From Chthonomonas calidirosea (GTDB lineage Bacteria > Armatimonadota > Fimbriimonadia > Fimbriimonadales > Fimbriimonadaceae), in NCBI GenBank assembly GCA_945859975.1, contig CAMAPH010000019.1, positions 1-49,619 on the forward strand: a DNA stretch of 49,619 nt, read 5' to 3'. This document shows positions 45,939 to 49,619 of the stretch, one piece after another (the stretch's first letter is position 1; each line of letters begins with the position of its first letter). The position numbers and the translations under genes are program-made. The notes beneath the pieces are model-generated. The model had not been told where the DNA came from. It ran no database searches and was given only the letters and a program-made list of their open reading frames with translations.

Positions 45939-46364
45939 TTACGAATGCCGGGGAGGGGGAGAAATCGGCGCGGCGCTCGTCACAATGGCCGCCGGAGCAG
46001 CCGTGAGAATGGGCATGAATACGACCGGTGAGGAAACGATGACGACCACAAACGGTGGAGCTTCCACTGCGTAGTCCGCCATCAATCCGCTCTTCGTGAC
46101 TTCCTCTTCCTGGGGCGCGACTTTTTTCTGGTTGCACAAGCAAGGCAGAAACTCGGCGTCTCCCGGTTTTGGAGCAACGATTTTGGGGCCGTTTGCCGTG
46201 TCATTCGGTACTGCCTGAACCTTTGCGGTCGGACAGTGTCGGCTCAGGGTTACCGAACGAAGGGTAACTCCCGACGATGCGACGGCGATGACGAGCGCGA
46301 ATCCAAAGCACAACATTTGCCGCCAACGCTTCTTCAGCGCCCAGCGAATTGCTTGGATATCCAC
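45939..46364 (-). CDS. Hypothetical protein with a TM/signal segment, Cys motifs and a Pro-rich C-terminus (DUF2946-like architecture)
   Basis: HCPT, CLC and terminal PISPPPRHS; TATCTT 6 nt before the GTG. Confidence 0.65.
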   Translation of the reverse strand: MDIQAIRWALKKRWRQMLCFGFALVIAVASSGVTLRSVTLSRHCPTAKVQAVPNDTANGPKIVAPKPGDAEFLPCLCNQKKVAPQEEEVTKSGLMADYAVEAPPFVVVIVSSPVVFMPILTAAPAAIVTSAAPISPPPRHS

Positions 46365-46389
46365 ACAATGAAGATACCTGGCAGAGTTT

Positions 46390-47022
46390 CTATGCCAGGC
46401 GGAACTTAGCTTCGGTTTTCGCCGCGATCTCTTGCTCCGTCACGTCCGGAGCCAGCTCGAGCAGGACCAGTCCATCTTCTGAAACTTCGAAAACGCAGAG
46501 GTCTGTAACGATGAGGTCCACGCAGCCTTTGCCCGTGAGCGGCAAGCGACACTCGCGCAGAACCTTCGATTCTCCGGCCTTGTTGGTGTGCTCCATCACC
46601 ACGACGACGCGCTTGACTCCGGCCACCAGGTCCATGGCACCGCCCATTCCCTTGACCATCTTTCCTGGAATCATCCAGTTCGCTAGATCGCCGTTCTCGC
46701 TCACTTCCATCGCGCCCAAGATGCTGAGGTCGATGTGCCCGCCGCGGATCATCGCAAAAGAATCTGCCGAGGAGAAGTAAGACGTGCCCGGAATTTCGGT
46801 GACCGTCTGCTTTCCGGCGTTGATCAGGTCCGGGTCAACTTCACTTTCCAGCGGAAACGGGCCGAGGCCGAGCATGCCGTTTTCGCTCTGCAGGACCACA
46901 TCCATCCCGTCCGGAATGTAGTTCGCCACGAGGGTCGGAATCCCGATTCCGAGATTCACATAGAAGCCGTCGCGAAGCTCCTTCGCGGCACGTTGAGCAA
47001 GCTGGTCTCGGTTCCAAGGCAT
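46390..47022 (-). CDS. scoB: 3-oxoacid CoA-transferase subunit B
   Basis: VNLGIGIPT, catalytic SENG, NAGKQ and [10 protein letters not shown]. Confidence 0.96.
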   Translation of the reverse strand: MPWNRDQLAQRAAKELRDGFYVNLGIGIPTLVANYIPDGMDVVLQSENGMLGLGPFPLESEVDPDLINAGKQTVTEIPGTSYFSSADSFAMIRGGHIDLSILGAMEVSENGDLANWMIPGKMVKGMGGAMDLVAGVKRVVVVMEHTNKAGESKVLRECRLPLTGKGCVDLIVTDLCVFEVSEDGLVLLELAPDVTEQEIAAKTEAKFRLA

Positions 47023-47170
47023 GGTGTTGAACTCCTTCGTTCTCTTCCTATTCTGACACCGACCCTGTCACGTTGAATTGCAAATCTTTTTTAACAAATT
47101 AAATGTTTCGACTTGACATATTCTGGGGGGGAGAACTGCTGCTCGCATTGAAAAACTCTTTCAATCATCC

Positions 47171-47389
47171 TTGGTCGCCGCTGTCATTGTCGTCATCGCT
47201 GCCAACGCCGTGTCAGGTCCGGCCGTCGCGTTCCCGGCATGTATAGAAAATTTGAACCCAGCTGGCTATGGTTGTAAAGATGTGGGTACTTGGGCATCTT
47301 GCCGAGGTTGTTGCGAGAATTTCTGTGGCTCGGTTGGTAGTGCACCTTATAATGTTTGTGTCACAGCGTGTTACGGCAAGTCTCTATGA
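47171..47389 (+). CDS. Small secreted cysteine-rich peptide (8 Cys)
   Basis: Hydrophobic leader ending AVA; mature region C-x10-C-x8-C-x2-CC-x3-C-x10-C-x3-C; stop overlaps the next ATG. True start uncertain. Confidence 0.7.
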   Translation: MVAAVIVVIAANAVSGPAVAFPACIENLNPAGYGCKDVGTWASCRGCCENFCGSVGSAPYNVCVTACYGKSL

Positions 47390-47892
47390 AGTCAAGCGAC
47401 CGATTGTATGCAGTTGGAACAGCGGCGATCATCATCGTCGTCGCAGTTGCTTGGATGAAGCCATGGAAGCCAAACCACGACCCAGTCTGGGACCACCTGA
47501 TCCAGAAAAACGGACCAGACTATGAAGTTCTTTATCGCGTTCTGACAATTGGCGAACCAAGCAAAGTGCAGCAAGTTAACCGCGAGGATTTCATGTTTGT
47601 GGTTAACGCGACATCACACAAGAATGAGAGGGTCCAAGCTGGAGCTTTCGATGCGCTTGCGTTTCTTTCACGCAATCCAAGATTTCAGGATGAGGCATGG
47701 CAAAAGATTCGGGGATTGAAAGGGGCCAAGAACCAAAATCTTGCTAAAAAGTATTGGTGGACTGCGATGAAGGCAAGATTGCCGGAGATCAAAGGCGAGC
47801 TAATAGCTTTCCAGTCGAGTCAAGACCCGCAGGTTGCTGCAGAAGCCTCGCGACTAATTTCAATCGGAAAAGAAGCCAAATGGATCGAGTAA
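47386..47892 (+). CDS. Membrane-anchored helical (HEAT-like) hypothetical protein
   Basis: ATGA overlap with the peptide gene; N-terminal TM; SHKNERVQAGAFDAL and SQDPQVAAEASRLI HEAT-like units. Confidence 0.7.
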   Translation: MKSSDRLYAVGTAAIIIVVAVAWMKPWKPNHDPVWDHLIQKNGPDYEVLYRVLTIGEPSKVQQVNREDFMFVVNATSHKNERVQAGAFDALAFLSRNPRFQDEAWQKIRGLKGAKNQNLAKKYWWTAMKARLPEIKGELIAFQSSQDPQVAAEASRLISIGKEAKWIE

Positions 47893-48521
47893 TACGTAAG
47901 AGACAACAAGTTGCCGCCACATTGGTTGAGATATTAACCGTATTAGCCATTATCATTGTTCTGGCCGGAATCTCGTTTCCGGTTTACGCGCACGTGACCA
48001 CGACGGCGCGACACTCAGCAACGCTTAGTGCGCTTCACCAGAACTACCTCGCAATTCAGTTGTACCAAGAACGCGAGGGAAGCCAATTGTTACCCTACGC
48101 TCTGTCTGACACTTCCATCTATACCATTCGAACACGTAACGAACTCTGGGGCTCAAAGTTCGAACTTGATCGAGAACCACCGCGACTAGCCGACCTTCTG
48201 TATCCTTTCCTCAAGGATCGACGGGTGCTCCGATCACATCGAGCACCCGTTGTTCCTCCGCTTGCTGAGATGTTTGGCAAGGACTATTTTGGCTGGAACT
48301 ATGATGAGCAGCGTGCAATCTTAGGAGTCGGCCCGAGATACAGCCCAGAAACTGCTGTATGGATGAACGAATATGTGGATTACGACGACCCGATGAATGG
48401 CAACGGTCGCATTGGATGCCTATACGAGAGCGGCAGCACCAAAATGGTTCCAAGACAAGAGTGTCTCAGCGGAGTCCGTGACTTGGCGATGGAGCAATAC
48501 GAGCTAGGCGGATCGAGCTGA
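47880..48521 (+). CDS. Degenerate prepilin/pseudopilin-type protein
   Basis: RKRQQVAATLVEILTVLAIIIVLAGISFPVY...LSALHQNYLAIQLY; 13-nt overlap with the upstream gene. Confidence 0.8.
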   Translation: MDRVIRKRQQVAATLVEILTVLAIIIVLAGISFPVYAHVTTTARHSATLSALHQNYLAIQLYQEREGSQLLPYALSDTSIYTIRTRNELWGSKFELDREPPRLADLLYPFLKDRRVLRSHRAPVVPPLAEMFGKDYFGWNYDEQRAILGVGPRYSPETAVWMNEYVDYDDPMNGNGRIGCLYESGSTKMVPRQECLSGVRDLAMEQYELGGSS

Positions 48522-49514
48522 GCTAAACGCTAACAGTAACTCCGGCCGCAGTCCATTCTCCGCAAACTCCACGGCCAACTCTGCCACTGCTGGCGCGAAC
48601 TTGAAGCCGTGTCCGCTGCAGGCGCTGATGCCCAGGGAGTTGGACCGCACCCAATCGATGATGAAATCGCCGTCAACCGTGTTGGTGTACCGGCACGCGG
48701 CTTTCTGAACCACTCGCGCTTCCGGGCCGAGAAATCGCGCGACGTTCGACACGATTCCAGGCAATTGGGCGAAGGGGTCGGCTAACCCGAGACCCGCGAC
48801 TGGGCCAGGCAAGTGCTCGCCCACCTTGACCAAGTCGCAGTCCGCATGAGCCGGAATTCCGTAAAGAAAGCTCCCCTGGCCGCCGTCAAACCCGAATACC
48901 GGCAACGTAGGTAAAACGCCCTCCAGCCAAGCGATGGTTTGCATGGTCACGGTTAGGTTCCACTTGGGGCAAAGCGCCTTCATTCCCGGCCCAAGGGCAA
49001 AAAAGCTCAATCCAGAATCGGCGACCGCGGGAACGCCGAATTCAAACTGCACGCCGAGCCCCTGCAGACGCTCGAACAACCCAAGGCAAATCCGATCCGA
49101 GTAAAGAAACCCCGCATCGGGCTCGAAAACCGTTTCGTATCCATCGGGAAGGGGTTCCGGAACTGGGTGTCCAGAGTCAATTCGGAGTCCGTACTGCTCG
49201 GCGGAGCCACGAACTCCCCGGAGTAGGTCGCCGTCGCCCGGCCCAGCATAAACCACCCCACGCGCTTCGTGGACCGTCGTTCCTAAATCTGACGCCAGCT
49301 CGCCCCAAAGCCCAAATGCTCGCTGCATCAGCGGCACGTACGCCGCCGACTCGAAGTAGGCAAAGCGGTAAATGCGCGAGCCGCCGATCGAGGATGTTCC
49401 CGGTCCTAACGGTGGTTCCAACGACCGGACCCGCACGTTGTAGCCACGTTGCACGAGTCGCCAGGCTATGCAGAGCCCGTAGACCCCCGCGCCGTACACC
49501 GTTGCCGATTTCAT
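48504..49514 (-). CDS. FAD-dependent oxidoreductase, monomeric sarcosine oxidase/N-methyltryptophan oxidase (SolA) family
   Basis: VYGAGVYG, SSIGGSRIYRFAY, CRYTNT (covalent-FAD Cys region) and CSGHGFKFAP. Confidence 0.9.
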   Translation of the reverse strand: MKSATVYGAGVYGLCIAWRLVQRGYNVRVRSLEPPLGPGTSSIGGSRIYRFAYFESAAYVPLMQRAFGLWGELASDLGTTVHEARGVVYAGPGDGDLLRGVRGSAEQYGLRIDSGHPVPEPLPDGYETVFEPDAGFLYSDRICLGLFERLQGLGVQFEFGVPAVADSGLSFFALGPGMKALCPKWNLTVTMQTIAWLEGVLPTLPVFGFDGGQGSFLYGIPAHADCDLVKVGEHLPGPVAGLGLADPFAQLPGIVSNVARFLGPEARVVQKAACRYTNTVDGDFIIDWVRSNSLGISACSGHGFKFAPAVAELAVEFAENGLRPELLLAFSSARSA

Positions 49515-49543
49515 TTCCTTAGATTATTCGGTAACGTTCCATC

Positions 49544-49619
49544 GTGGATTTCCGCGTGGTGCTTGCCTTGGTCCTGGCAAACGTGCTGGTCGCTTGCTCT
49601 GGCCAAGCTGAGCCTGATC
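49544..49619 (+). CDS. N-terminus of a probable lipoprotein (runs off the window end)
   Basis: GTG 49544 reads MDFRVVLALVLANVLVACSGQAEPD with lipobox LVAC; TAACGT lies 6 nt upstream. Confidence 0.6.
   Translation, partial: MDFRVVLALVLANVLVACSGQAEPD

Noticed and set aside
45895..46143. Alternative-frame ORF ending GPPNHLA
   Set aside because: It overlaps the 141-aa ORF, which has a promoter-supported start, a TM segment and coherent motifs.
31076..46365. Isolated 8/9 DnaA-box matches (about 31076, 33272 and 46357)
   Set aside because: They are scattered singletons, expected by chance, and do not form a cluster.
47171..47389. Cys-rich peptide as a radical-SAM or lanthipeptide RiPP precursor, or a ferredoxin
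   Set aside because: No maturase or peptidase-ABC transporter is nearby, the leader is Sec-like, and there is no CxxCxxCxxxCP motif. A trans-acting maturase cannot be excluded.
31658..49514. Creatininase, Rieske oxygenase and SolA-like oxidase as one methylamine catabolic pathway
   Set aside because: The genes are dispersed among housekeeping genes and the family-level calls do not fix substrates.

Overview
Bacterial chromosomal window of ~49.6 kb, moderately GC-rich and densely coding, with ~45 CDS. I found no rRNA, tRNA, CRISPR array or transposase. The gene mix suggests Armatimonadota (Fimbriimonas-like): three paralogous prepilin-type proteins, RNase J, CdaA/CdaR, an outer-membrane beta-barrel and pervasive leaderless starts. 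That placement is inference. Housekeeping genes: uvrA (partial), cdaA-cdaR, pheA, amt, ileS-lspA, DAHP synthase, fmt/def/prmC/hflX, dnaA (no adjacent dnaN), thiN, rnj, mntR, ftsEX plus an M23 activator, scoB and a solA-like oxidase. Most notable observations: (1) an AT-richer, overlapping three-gene cassette at ~47.1-48.5 kb encoding an 8-Cys secreted peptide, a membrane-anchored HEAT-like protein and a degenerate pseudopilin; (2) a second pilin cassette with Cys/His motifs and a redoxin at 44.6-46.4 kb; (3) a -10-like hexamer (TANNNT) 6-7 nt before many start codons, indicating leaderless transcription; (4) nested inverted repeats before a Fic-HTH gene; (5) an 11-bp-period direct repeat just after a SARP/STAND regulator; (6) a dnaA upstream region without canonical DnaA boxes, paired with an altered DNA-binding domain; (7) an IleRS lacking most of its zinc-binding cysteines. 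All functional calls come from motif recognition by eye; no database searches were run.
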